DNA of 63,741 nt, filler included, from Octopus bimaculoides (taxonomy: Eukaryota), in assembly GCF_001194135.2 (NCBI RefSeq). It is 6 parts of 6 records of this genome, joined end to end, with 100 filler letters (N's around TTAATTAATTAA, not from the genome) between each part and the next. Parts side by side here need not be neighbours in the genome. Positions count along the whole stretch, not along the records: positions 1 to 25,343 come from NC_068982.1; positions 25,444 to 31,388 come from NC_068991.1; 4 more parts are not named here. One strand, 5' to 3'. The notes beneath the pieces were generated by a model. It did no database searches. It was not told the origin of the DNA and saw only the letters and a list, made by a program, of their open reading frames with translations. This document shows, in pieces, positions 13,791 to 26,714 of the stretch (the first letter of the stretch is position 1; the number at the start of each line of letters is the position of its first letter). The translations under genes were made by a program, and so were the position numbers.

Positions 13791-14013
13791 CAGCAATCCC
13801 CCGCCATATTGCGGTTCAACTATTGTGGTTTATTATTTAAGCTTACGTCGATTCATCCTTGATGTTGTTCTGCATTTATGATAAAATAAATATATACAAA
13901 TTATAAAAATATTTTTTTTAAAAATACAGTACAGTACTGTTTCTACTTCGCTGATTTTCAACTATCGCGGGGGTTTTTGGAACGTAACACCCGCGATAGT
14001 CGAGGGATTACTG
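13791..14013. mobile_element. pogo/Tigger-like MITE
   Basis: Imperfect TIRs CAGCAATCCCCCGCCATATTGCGG / CAGTAATCCCTCGACTATCGCGG, TA on both flanks, no coding capacity. Confidence 0.65.
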
Positions 14014-16388
14014 TATATGTGACTGATATATATGAAACATTACACTTGCAACTTTGAAATGAGATGAAGCTTTATGATTAGGGGATGTGGTATAAGTGAT
14101 ATTAGTTTAGTGATAAACCCTTCCGTGAACTACTAGGGTCAATACAGTTGAATACTGAAAGCATCGAACCCTTTATATTTTTATATCAAATCCTGTCGAG
14201 ATCAATTTTGCATTATACGCTTTATAGGGTCGTTGAAATAATGTAGTAGTCAATTCTTGACAACTACATTAGATAAGTGAAAAATAGATGTCATTGGTAG
14301 ATACTCAGAGTGATTCAGCCTGCTTCAACCTGAGAGTGGGTAACCAGCTAATGTGTTATCTTTCCTTCCTTAATATATTTTTTTGCGACGTTAAATTGTA
14401 ATGTAGGATATATAAATTCAGTGCAAACTGTTTTGTGAGAAGCATTTCTGATCATTCGGGGAATATCTAATCAGTTGGTACGATAACACGTTAGTTCACA
14501 GCACTACCATCATACAACCGTCACTTCCATCCAAGACGTACAATAATAAAAACACTACCTGTCTTTTCTGTTTATTTGCATCGTTGATTGCTAACTTGAA
14601 TCTCTATTCTGTTATCCTAAAAACTGCAGAAATTACTTAAACAAAGCATATTGTTGATTTTTGTTTTTCCATTTTTTTTTACCAACTTACTTGGTCATTA
14701 TGTGTATTAGGACAACTCTAACTCTATTTAGTATGTTACATACAACGGCTTTCACAAAAAATTACAACAGTTGTAAATAAATAAAATGTAGAATAAATAT
14801 ACTTATACTCATTGGAACGTGGCAAAGCAATTTCTTTCAAATATTAGAATGGTAGTTATAGAAGAAATATTCAAGTACTGAAGTTAATTAATGCCTTTTT
14901 TTTTTTGTTTATTAACTTTTTGGTTAATATTCGATTAAATGTTCTAATTATGTAAGAAAATATTGTATATTATATATATAAAAGACAATATAGAATAAAG
15001 ACTAGTATATATCTAGCCTTTACAAAAATAGTATTTAGTTAATTAGGGCCCTGAACCAAGAATCTGGTAACGGGCTTCATAAAACAAGAAGTATACTCTT
15101 GAGTTGCCGATATGCTTCAATTTTATGTTGAAATGAACTTACCTCACTTATATTGCTAGTGTCTTTGATTATTTGTAATAAAACTGAAATGCAACAATTT
15201 CGTCTGAACCGAAACTTAATGTCGAACTCGATCCCTCGAGAACTTTCGGCCATTTTATGTTCGCACCACATGCACTCAAATGAAATGATGATTAATTACA
15301 TTGGGCATTCAATTTACAGGAGCGGGCATCAAATTTCGTGATATCCATAACTTCTTCGGTAGTTGCCACAAGCATACATACATACATACATACACATACG
15401 CCTTCACGTACATGCATGCTCACATAAACACACACATATATAAACACGTTCACACAAATGATTTATTACAAATAATCAACGCTACTTGTAGTAGTGAAAT
15501 GAGATTATGTAACGATCAGGATACAAGTCAATCAGAACAGTTTTAAAAAGTTCACCAGAAGTTTATTATAGTAATCAATGCCTTTCCATCAGAAACCATT
15601 TACTGATATTTTATTGAGTCTTGGCCAAGAGTACGGATCTCGAAACGCTGATCCTGCGGTCAGTAGTTCTGCTCTGTAACAACTCGACTTTCAGCGATTC
15701 TTTACATGCTAACACTAATGGAGAAATCGATAGTCCTTAATAAATATTCAAGCTAATAGTATCTAGTAGGAAAATAGCCTAAATTCTAACACTAATGCAA
15801 ATGTTAATAGTCCAGGCCAGTGTCTAGCAAACCACCTAGTATTTTGAAATTCCACTGTGTTATTGATTCATCGATTAAATAAATAGTAAGAAGGTCATAG
15901 TTATTAGCCTTCATTTCGTCCGTTAACAGAATGGAGCAAACCATTATCAATAATGGATGTACTGTTCATTTTATAAATAGAATGATAAGTATTCTAAAGA
16001 AAATTATAAACATAAACAATAAACAAATAGAAAGAAGACAGAAATGCAGTCAAATTTATATGGTTATACTGATGAAAAATTAATTGAATGTTTAAAATAT
16101 TGACTTATTTTTGACTAGGTAAAATGCCTTCAGATTTTAACGAGAGAATAAGAGGGAAAAGTGATGTCCATAACTGTCCCATGTAGTATTAGAAAAATAA
16201 AAACGAATTGCTAATCGAAATCCAACTCTACACGGCTCGTTTGTAATGAATAATATAGAGAAGTAATAAAGTAGACGAGAAAAGAAAGAAAGAAAGAAAG
16301 AAAGAAAGGCTAAGATTTTACTACTGATGAAGAAAATTCCACAACACTGAAAAAATAAACTTTTTTTAAAAATCAACAATAATTAGCT

Positions 16389-16397
16389 GTTGTCGTC

Positions 16398-16439
<42 letters not shown>

Positions 16440-16460
16440 GTTGTTGTTGTTGTTGCTGTT
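16389..16460. repeat. Compound (GTC/GCT/GTT)n trinucleotide repeat
   Basis: Direct reading. Confidence 0.9.
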
Positions 16461-19295
16461 GTCCTTATTCTTGTTTTAATGGTTCAGAGGTGGAAAGACA
16501 GCTGCCATGACCCTTTCCAGCTACATCCATCATATTATCTTCCAGGCTTCTGCATTATCTAATATAAAACCACTTTTAAAAAATATTTAGCTGCTATTTC
16601 AAAACAGTCAGCAAATCACACGTTCCGTCATTAGTTAGTCGCCAGTAGTGAAAATAAATGCTCACAAGCAGTAGATATTTGCTGCAAAATTTCAGGCGTT
16701 TGACGTTTTTGACGTAGTGAAAAACGTAAGGTTTTGACCAGGGTAAATCTATTTTTACAACACAAGCCATCAATATGTTTGAGAAAGGAATGATCATCTA
16801 TTTTCTTTCCCCTTAGAAAACTACAGTGTCGATAAAAAAGATTATAATCTGATAGTGTTACGAACCATACGAGAGCATGCTGAAATGTTCCTAGCTTTGG
16901 ATAAAAGAAAATACAGGAGCATCAGTTACTTATAATTTTATTCAAAATATTCCCCTCTCAGATTCTTATTGCAACGATCCTTCAATTTTTCTAAGCCTTG
17001 TAAGAAAACTGGGAAAATTAGGCCTCCAAACAAGCCTTTCACGGTACTCTTAAAGCCAGGAACTTTTCAGAACCGCCTTATATATTGGTTACTTTATGAC
17101 ATAAATAGATTCAAGTACACTAGATCCCGGCTAAAAGAGAAATCGCATTCAAGTGAGGTAGTCTACTGGTTATATCAGGTTCTAGAACATAGTGTTTCTT
17201 TTTTTTAATATTAAGTTTTATCTAAGAGTGTTGAGTGTTAGTAAGCAGTGAAAATATGGCCTGAGATTTGTCGAATTTTAGTTTGATGAGGAAAAAGTAT
17301 TTCTGAGGAAGATTATATGGCTAATGTTTTGTTTCAAAACATTTATTGTAGTACGTTATTAGCTCGTGAGTAGAGTCCACGATCCTATTTCTGTTCCTTG
17401 TAAATTTCAATTTACAAATGTTCCTCAGAGAAGAGAAGCACTACAATCTCCCATTCCCATTATTTCTTTTTCTTCAAAATTGTAGAAACGTTATTCCAAG
17501 TCAAAAGAATACACTATTTCCATTAAGGAAATAACTCTGTATAATCATTACGGTGATAGTTTCTTTAAGATGGAGGACATGTTTTTCGCCGAATCATGAG
17601 GCTACTGAATACCCTGATGAGTTGGTAATTTGAAGTGTGTCTCAATGATTGAGTTATATCTGTAATCAAGACAATTAGCTCTTGCGGCCGAATCTACTTA
17701 ATTCCTGTAATAAACAATAGTATCAGAGGTAACTAGTGATGTTCTGCGTCAGCATTCAGTGTACGTTGTTCAATAGTGGAATGAATACGTTTTTATCTTT
17801 CTCACAGCAAACTAATTAATTGTGTTTGAACTACCAAATGACCTAATATCGTCGTCGTCGTCGTCGTCGTCTACGTCGTCGTCGCTGCCACCGCCGTCAT
17901 CGTTGTTATCGTTGTAGTTGTCGCCATTAATGTCGTGGTCATCATTGTTGTTGTTGTTTAGCTCCTGGTCAGCCTTGATGGAGATGTATGATCAAATGTA
18001 TTGTGACTTAACTACCATTTTGTATCAGAGACTACTCTTTCTAAATGACCTTCCCATTTGATAATAGTTGAGGGTGAATCGAGGGAAATTTAGTTTATAT
18101 TTCTAGCGGGTTGAGAGATCAAATAAAGGTGTTTCAATTGGTTTTAAGTTATTGCTTTTGCTTCATTGGCTCTAAACAATTAAATCTCCGATCAAAAATA
18201 TCTCCTCTTGTTTTCAAAAATATTCTATCCAGAACCACGTGATCAGATGTGTTATTCTACTTTTCAAAACGACAGAGGTCGATTTGGGTACTATTTCTTG
18301 TGGAGAAAACTATCACATATGGGTTGTATCATTATCTATAAGTAGATACATTAGGTAGTATCAGTCATCCTGGTAAACTCTGGAAGCATTTTGGAATTGA
18401 TGAATAGTTCGTATAGAGGCTACTTGCATGGCGAAAAATTTATCCTCTTTCTGCTACGATTGCATATGATTCGCAAATATATTAGTTTATATTCTTTATA
18501 AAATTCTTTTAGCGCTTTTTTAAAATTGTATGACTTTTAATATATACTAAATGAAACTACTATAAAGCAATTAATTTCATTTCAGTTATGTTACTTAGTA
18601 CAATGGAAGAAGATGCAGAAAGTCATTTCTGTCCGCCTATAAATTTTAATACTTGTGCTTTTGTAACAAGTCAATATAAATCAACCAACTAATCTAAATC
18701 ACAAGTTCAGGTAATAATTTCATGAGGGATGTGTTCGTCTTTAGAGTAAGCCTTTGAAGTAGAGGAAATAACCGGAAATATTAATTTCTTTCACCGACAA
18801 CTGGTTGAAAGTGGGCGGAGTGTTAAATATTGAGACTTGTCTATTTCAAGAAACAGCGGGAAAGAAATAGATTCAATCGGGAAGGAAAAAAAATCAATTT
18901 TCGTTAAGAGAATTCTTCCCCGTTGATCTCGGCGTACATATTGATTGGCTAAGATGAAAACTAATAATTTCTAAAATCGTTTTCATTTAAAAAAAAAGTC
19001 AATTACATAGAGTTTTAATAGAATTAACGAGAAATCAATGTCATTCAATGTAAAATCATGATAACTGAGTACATAACGTATTATAACTACCTAATCATGG
19101 GTCATAAATTTAAAAGCGCTGGCGATGGCTCATTGAATCTAAACTGGACATTTTCCACTATGCTGCATCAATTCATCTGACTATCAACAATTTGTATCCT
19201 ATCATCTGATAATGTTGCCTTGGATCAAGTCAATGACCCCCCCACACACACACACACACAAAAAAAAACACACATGCGCACACGCATATGTGTGT

Positions 19296-19353
<58 letters not shown>

Positions 19354-19360
19354 AAACATA

Positions 19361-19395
<35 letters not shown>

Positions 19396-20739
19396 ATATA
19401 TATATATACTTACTTGGCCATGTAATATTATAGCTCGTAAGTTACTTCATCATTTCGCATTTGTCTTGCTTTTATATGTTGATTCCCTGATGATGAATAT
19501 ATGTGGAATTCCAGCAGCTCTTACTTCTTTGGAGGAGAGCACACATATATTTTGAAACATGTGTAGGAATTAAAGGAACTTTTATTCATATGCGTTTTGC
19601 TCCATTTATTGTTATTATTCATATCTACTCAAAACGCATCACTTCAACTTGGTATCTCTACCTATAAAACGGGTGTGATATCATGATTTTTGTGTAATTT
19701 TTGCTACCCATGGTAACTATTAACATATTTATATTGTCAAAGGTTTTTTTTAAACTGAGATAATATTAATATATACATAAACTATATATATATATATATA
19801 TATATATTTGTATCTGTCCTTCTATCTATCTTTATAGACAGATAAATAGAGAAAGAGGGAAAGAGAGAGACAGAGATAGAGAGATTTATATACATACATG
19901 TGCGTGAGTATGTGTGTGCGTGCGTACGCACGTGTGTGCATTATCAAAGTAGTGTGCAGATTCCAGCATTCGTTATGTTATATTCAGTTTTTGAAATTAC
20001 AAGAAAGCAATGTCTTATGAGAAACATTAATCGCACGAAAAAGGTTTAAATATTTTCATTTATTCAAAAACTAATGAATTCCTTCCAGTATTCAATCTAT
20101 ATTTTAATATCTAATTCCCATTCTTTAATTATAATTAGTTCAGTGATTAAAGGTTTGCCTGCTACCTTCCAATTTGTCAAACTAATTCTTGCCTTGTTAA
20201 TTTTACCTCCTACCAGTTCTTAGTGAGTAACCTTTTTCAAATACCATTCACACACACACGCGCGCACGCACACACACACACACACACACATACACACACA
20301 CATACACACACATATATACATATATATATATANNNNNNNNNNNNNNNNNNNNNNNNNNNNNNNNNNNNNNNNNNNNNNNNNNNNNNNNNNNNNNNNNNNN
20401 NNNNNNNNNNNNNNNNNNNNNNNNNNNNNNNNNNNNNNNNNNNNNNNNNNNNNNNNNNNNNNNNNNNNNNNNNNNNNNNNNNNNNNNNNNNNNNNNNNNN
20501 NNNNNNNNNNNNNNNNNNNNNNNNNNNNNNNNNNNNNNNNNNNNNNNNNNNNNNNNNNNNNNNNNNNNNNNNNNNNNNNNNNNNNNNNNNNNNNNNNNNN
20601 NNNNNNNNNNNNNNNNNNNNNNNNNNNNNNNNNNNNNNNNNNNNNNNNNNNNNNNNNNNNNNNNNNNNNNNNNNNNNNNNNNNNNNNNNNNNNNNNNNNN
20701 NNNNNNNNNNNNNNNNNNNNNNNNNNNNNNNNNNNNNNN

Positions 20740-23600
20740 GATGTAGGCGGGTTCTGACGCCTTCAAAGCAGTGCTCTGGGAAGATGAAACTCGTCAGCCT
20801 TGGAGGGCTATCCATCTAATAGAAGGTAAACGCTGATTTTAAACTTCCGCTGTCTTACGGCTATACTCGCTGAAGGGAAAGGCTTCGGGAGTAAATCCGG
20901 AGGATAAATTCGAAGCCGAAGTTCCTAAAGTAGTTCGATGCTATATCCAACCTTGTTCTAGTAACTCCTACTTGTGCCAAGTCATATTAGCCTCAGTATT
21001 TCCTCTGGACAACACCGATGGTGGTGGAGAGGGGAGTCGTGCTACATGGAAACTGCCGATTACCCATAAAATCCTGCTCAGGACTGCTCCCTGAAGAAGA
21101 AACTCCAGATCGCTCACCGTGGCGGCAAAACACAGAAAGCAGCAGTCTACCGGTTATAAGCCCGCATATGATCGGCGTAGGAGCAAGATGCTTTCGACGG
21201 AGGGAGAAGCCATTATGCCTCACTGGACAGCTACCGTCCGCCTTAAGTAGGGAAGCCTCCAGCCACCAGGTCCACTGGGTGCGTGGGGCTTCGGGATATT
21301 AATATCCTGAATCGTAGGCTGTAAACACTGCACCAAGAAAAGCAACAAACAAACAAATAATATAAGAAACCAGTATTCAGACTTGGATTTGGAACATATG
21401 GACCATGACAACTGGTCTGTTTGAGGATCTTCAAATGGTCTGCGGCACGCGCAAGACATCGGTAATCAACAACGAACAGCTACAACTTCACGTGGATATG
21501 CCAGGAAACGCAGCTCCCAGATTTTGGGACCCTTCATAAGGGAGAGTATACGTTTTTCAGGTAGGGGAAATGTATAGATGAAGCTAGAGAGCATTGTCGG
21601 CTTTAACGTAAGGGACTCACTATTGAAGTCGGTGGAACTCAGCAAGGACGGTTCGGAGCCGATTCTCTCACTCTGCACACTTCAGATGGGCCCGTCAACT
21701 TTGTCAGTGCTTATGTCCTAACCCTCTATTCCTCTCGAGATGACAAGGATAAGTTTTACGATCAGCATCAAAAGAAATACAGGTAATCCCAAATGGAGAA
21801 CAGCTGATGCTACTTGGTGACTCCAACGCCAGAGTGGCAGACGATCATGATTCCTGGACAGAGTGTCTAAGAAGATACAGTGTCGGTAACATGAATGCAC
21901 TGCATGCTATGTGGACTGAGTGTCACCGACATCAACTTCTAGGCCAAAGCTTGACACAGGATTTTCTGGTGTCGTCCTCACTTCCGGTAGATCTGTAAGT
22001 AGGGTACTAGCACCAGCTAGATCTAATCCTCAGAAGATGAGGATCGTGCTCCTGACTCGATCATTTCAGAATGCTGACTGTGACACAAATCACTACCTGG
22101 TTTGCTGCAATCTCAAACTCTAACCAAAATTGATGCACTGCGCTAAGCCTTCAGGCAAGCAGCGTATCAATGCTACTGCGTCAGCCTAGAAATATGCATT
22201 CCTTAAGTCACTGGAGTCCACCCTCCTTACAGATCTACCGAAAAGTAATGTTCAGCAAAGCTAGGAATCTCTTAGTGCCATCTAAGGCACTGTATCGAGA
22301 GCCATTAGGAAGAGGCGAAGAATGACACAGAATGACACACACTGTGTGGCGAGTGCGAATGAACTCAATGTGCTCATGGAATGGAAGCGCGTTGATCTGT
22401 TGAAACACAAACACCAACCCACCATGGCAATGCTGCAAGAATTGAGATCAGCAAGGAACACACAGAAGACAGCGAAACGCTGTGCAAATTATTACTGGTT
22501 AAAACTTTGCGAAGGCATCAAGTAGTCAATTGACGCAAGTAACATTCGGGGAATATATGAGTGTATCAAGAAATCCATCGGCCTAACCTAGAGCAAAATA
22601 GTTCCATTTAAATACAAACAGAGGAGGTCATCAAGAGCAAAAGAAAGCATGAGAGACTGCAACGTTTTCCCCCTTAATAAGAACAAAATGGACAGAAGAG
22701 ACTACAATAGCTACCGAGGCATCTCACTGCTAAGCATCGTCGGGAAGGTCTTTGCCCGCGTGGTCCTGAAAAGACTACAGAAAATCTTTGAGCGAATATA
22801 CCCTGAATTTCAGTGATTTTAAGTCAGAATGCTCCACCATCGGCATGATCTTTTTTCTTCGACAGATACAGAAATGCTAGCAGCAAAGGCAGCCACTCTG
22901 CATCACCTTTATTGACCTAACGCAGGCTTTCAACCTAGTAAGTAGAGACAGCCTGTTCAAAACCCCTGCCAAGATTGGCTGTCTTCCAAGATTTCTCAAG
23001 GTAATCTATTCCAGACAGGATCAGCATCTCAACGTCTGCCTTTGTAGCCTGGGGTGCATTTTGGATATCAAGTGGACCGACCAAGTCACCAATACTGTAG
23101 TTTTCAACCACGCCAAGACACTCATTATATTCACTCTACTACAACAGCGCTGTCCGCGCTGGCTCACTTGCGTATATCGTATGCCGGACGAGAGGATTCC
23201 AAGCGACTTCCTCTATGGGGAACTGGCTACCGACACAAGAGTATGAGGACGAACGTCATATTCGTCTCAAGGACGTCTACAAGAGTGATATGAAGTAAAC
23301 GGATCTGGACATCCTGAGATGGAAAGAGGTCGCTAATGATCACCCATACTGGAGACAAGAACCACGCAAAGGGATGGAGCGAGGGCAAAAAACTGAAACT
23401 TGCCACCGAAGAAAAGCGCGCTCAAAGAAAGGAAAATGCAATGGCGTCAGTGGAGGACATCTTCGAATCCAGTCACTGCTTGCAAGACTGCCACTCCCGA
23501 GTGGGCCTGTACAAGCACAATAGATACTGCACCACCATCAGCAGCTAACACAAAATTCTCCAGGTACAGACTTATGATCTTTCGAGACCGGCGGATGCTG
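20740..23600 (+). mobile_element. RTE-clade LINE, near full-length ends, decayed, RT core deleted
   Basis: Long 5' UTR; APE motifs (WNIWTM, VNFVSAYV, LLGDSNARV, DTNHYLV); RT N-part (NSYRGISLLSIVGKVFARV, FIDLTQAFNLV); jump at about 23010 to ILDIKWTD..RIPSDFLYGEL; C-terminal C2H2-like finger CLQDCHSRVGLYKH. Confidence 0.92.
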
Positions 23601-25059
23601 TACATATCTATGTACATAATATATACACAGGCATAAATACACATGCATATAACTATACACATGCACATATAGATACACACACACACATACACGCACAAAT
23701 ATAGGAAACAGTGTTTCTAATGTAAACACAGGGCCTGAAATATGGATGGACAGAGCAAGCTGAGTAAATCGTCCTCTGTAGTTTACCCATATTTTACTTT
23801 ATCGGCCCCAAAGGGATGAAAAGCAAAGCTGACCTCGGCAGGATTTGAACACATTATGCAATTTTTTTCGAAGATCTAAATATTTCTGTCAATCCGCTGC
23901 TGTGTATGATTAAAGTTTATTGTCATGTGACTGAGTCTGGTTAAAAGTTACAATTCTAAATTGCTGACATTTTCCCTATACTTACATCCCTAATATATTT
24001 ACGAAGACCTGAACGCCATAACACGTTTGACTTGTGTGTAATGTAACTAAATCTAGAAGATGGTTTAAACCTATGATTGTCTTCTTTAGATCAAATTGCA
24101 GACCAACAGATAATGCAAACGCAATGCTCAATAAACTGGCAAACCAACTGTAAAAGTAGCAATTCTAATGATCTTTTAATATATGATAACTGACTGCAAC
24201 ACTGAAGAAAGCAGGAATATGTGGGGTGGAAGTGGCAAAGAACAAAATCTGATAGTTTATTTTAGAAGAGCAGAACAGCAAATACGATTACTCATTCAAA
24301 CAACAATTTAAAATGAATGATTATTACGAAATTATTTCTATTTCAGAATACGTACGATTATCTTTAATGTAACAATGATATTTGTTTCTGAAATGCATGC
24401 AGAATTCATATCAGGAAAAAAAAATGGCTTTAGTTCAAGAAAAATAGCTTAAGAATAACAAAAAATGTGTAATTTAATATCAAAACTACTTGACAGTTGC
24501 CAGTTTTATCTTATTTCCTTCATCGCTAAAATTTACATTGATTTTAGCTTTTAGCCACAATAGGGGCGACAGTTATTTTTACACTTCCATCATGGTTCAA
24601 CACTAATCATGATAGACAAATATTATTATCAAATTTTTAAACTATCAGAAAATATGAAGTCAAAAAGCTACAGCTATACATCAGTGTGTATATGCAGATG
24701 TATGCATATGTGAATTTGTATGTATAGACGGTATAAAATTATCAAATAAACAAAGTTGATGTAAAAAACATTATATAAAAATGTAATTGCATTGGTTGCT
24801 CTAAATATATAATGAAGAATGAAACAATTTGTGCAGAAAATATACCCAAGTAAATATGCCACCTAAGGCGCTTATGCTACTAAAAATGTATGTATGATTT
24901 GCATGTAAAGTATAAATTTTGATACAGTCCAAAATCAATACAAACACATATTTAGATATACAAATCAATATGTATACATGTATGTATGTGTAAATCACAC
25001 ACACATACATACATTTTTTTTTTTAAAGTTTCAGCTTAGAGCTGCGGCCATGCTGATGC

Positions 25060-25343
25060 ACCACCATGTTGCTACACTGTTATTACAGGGAGCCTCTTAC
25101 AATATGTGGTACTTGGTGAAGAATGGAGTTTGATTTAGCAACCCTCATTTGCACCTCCTGCCGCGAGGTAGGTTCATCTGGGACTCTCGATAGGAAGAGG
25201 TCCAGCTTTGATTTAAAAACTCCTACATCTACTTTGTGCAGATTCCTCAGGCTCTTTGGGAGAATATTAAAAAGCTGTGGGCCCCTGAATCCCAAGCTGT
25301 TGCAGTAACTGGTCCTGAAGCGCGATGGCATTGCTGGGATCTT
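25060..25343 (-). mobile_element. CR1-clade LINE 3' end
   Basis: FRGPQLFNILPKSLRNL..FKSKLDLFLSRVPDEP, the typical CR1 ORF2 C-terminus; cut by a gap. Confidence 0.85.
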
Positions 25344-25443
25344 NNNNNNNNNNNNNNNNNNNNNNNNNNNNNNNNNNNNNNNNNNNNTTAATTAATTAAN
25401 NNNNNNNNNNNNNNNNNNNNNNNNNNNNNNNNNNNNNNNNNNN
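25344..25443. other. Artificial scaffold join: 44 N + TTAATTAATTAA + 44 N
   Basis: Identical 100-bp structure five times; the palindromic linker has stops in all six frames. Confidence 0.95.
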
Positions 25444-25872
25444 ACCACCACCACCACCACCACTACCACCACCACCATCATCATCACCATCGCCGACCCT
25501 GACAACAACAACAACGACGACGACGGCGACAACAATCTTTCCAAGAGGTTCTTACACAAACGCATCACCACCGCCACCTACAATTATTGCAACAACTTCT
25601 CCAAGGCAACGTATCACCACTACCACGACTGGTGCAACAACAGCATCTATGAAGCGTCCTCATAAACACACCACCACTATCGCTGTCACTGCCAAAACTT
25701 CTAGAGACTTCTACATAAACACAACAGCACCTCTACCATCACCATCACAACAACAACAACAGCAACAACTAGCAGACATTCCATCTTAAACCTTCCTTAT
25801 TACCTTTCACCAGGAATTTCTTACCAATTCCGTAGTTGTCTGAAATTGAAACCCTGTCACCGTCACCATGGT

Positions 25873-26036
25873 GCAGGCACGGCTGTGTGGTGAAGAAGCT
25901 CGCTTTGCAACCATATAATTGCGGATTCAGTCCCACTGCACAGCATCTTGGCTAAGTGTCATCTGCTAAAGCCCTGGGCCGCCCAATGTCTTGCAAGTGT
26001 GAATTCCGTAGACGAAACTGTATGGTAGCCCATCAT
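25873..26036 (+). mobile_element. tRNA-derived SINE family A (short form)
   Basis: GGCACGGCTGTGTGGT..GATTCAGTCCCACTGC..TTGG-AAGTGTC..GACGAAACTG, ending in (CATA)n. Confidence 0.8.
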
Positions 26037-26110
26037 ACATACATACATACATACATACATACATACATACATACATACATACATACGTAAGTACATACAT
26101 AATTACATGT

Positions 26111-26490
26111 GTTGGCACTCCGTCGCTTACGACGTCGAGGGTTCCAGTTGATCCGATCAACGGAACAGCCTGCTCGTGAAATTAACGTGCAAGTGGCTGA
26201 GCACTCCACAGACACGTGTACCGTTAACGTAGTTCTCGGGGATATTCAGCGTGACACAGTGTGACAAGGCTGACCCTTTGAATTACAGGCACAACAGAAA
26301 CAGGAAGTAAGAGTGAGAGAAAGTTGTGGTGGAAGAGTACAGCAGGGTTCGCCACCATCCCCTGCCAGAGCCTCGTGGAGCTTTTAAGTGTTTTCGCTCA
26401 ATAAACACTCACAACGCCCGGTCTGGGAATCGAAACCGCGATCCTATGACCGCGAGTCCGCTGCCCTAACCACTGGGCCATTGCGCCTCC
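26111..26490 (-). mobile_element. tRNA-derived SINE family C, complete, inserted in (CATA)n
   Basis: Head GGAGGCGCAATGGCCCAGTGGTTAGGGCAGCGGAC..GGTTTCGATTCCCAGACC with A/B-box-like motifs; 3' end GAGTGCCAAC; high identity to 43497-43745. Confidence 0.85.
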
Positions 26491-26714
26491 TCATACGTAC
26501 ATACATACATACATACATACATACATACATAATACGTCCGTACGTACATACATACATACATACATACATACATACATACATACATACATGCATACATATG
26601 TACATACGTACGTATGTATGTTTTCTGTCTCCTTTTAATTTGGAATAGATTTGGACCGGCCACCTGCTGCTTAGTAGCAAAGTTGTGAATGAAAGTACAT
26701 TGTCCTGGTCATCA

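Noticed and set aside
17571-17625. Possible micro-exon WRTCFSPNHEATEYPDEL as an upstream CYP exon
   Set aside because: Does not match the CYP C-helix WxxxR context and lies three joins away from the CYP exons.
20223-20819. Long ORFs consisting mostly of X (also at 29014, 33556, 35064, 44330, 49457 and 52113)
   Set aside because: Read-through of N gaps.
25388-25399. TTAATTAATTAA as a conserved homeodomain-type motif or piggyBac TTAA site
   Set aside because: Always centred in exactly 44+44 N; an assembly linker.
25444-25787. Open Thr/Pro/Gln-rich frame of about 113 codons resembling a mucin
   Set aside because: Degenerate CAC/CAA/GAC triplet low complexity next to a gap; no splice sites or start.
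26400-26490. tRNA gene candidates (also 62040-62130)
   Set aside because: tRNA-like A/B boxes continue into a repeated SINE body and lack a complete acceptor stem; these are SINE heads.
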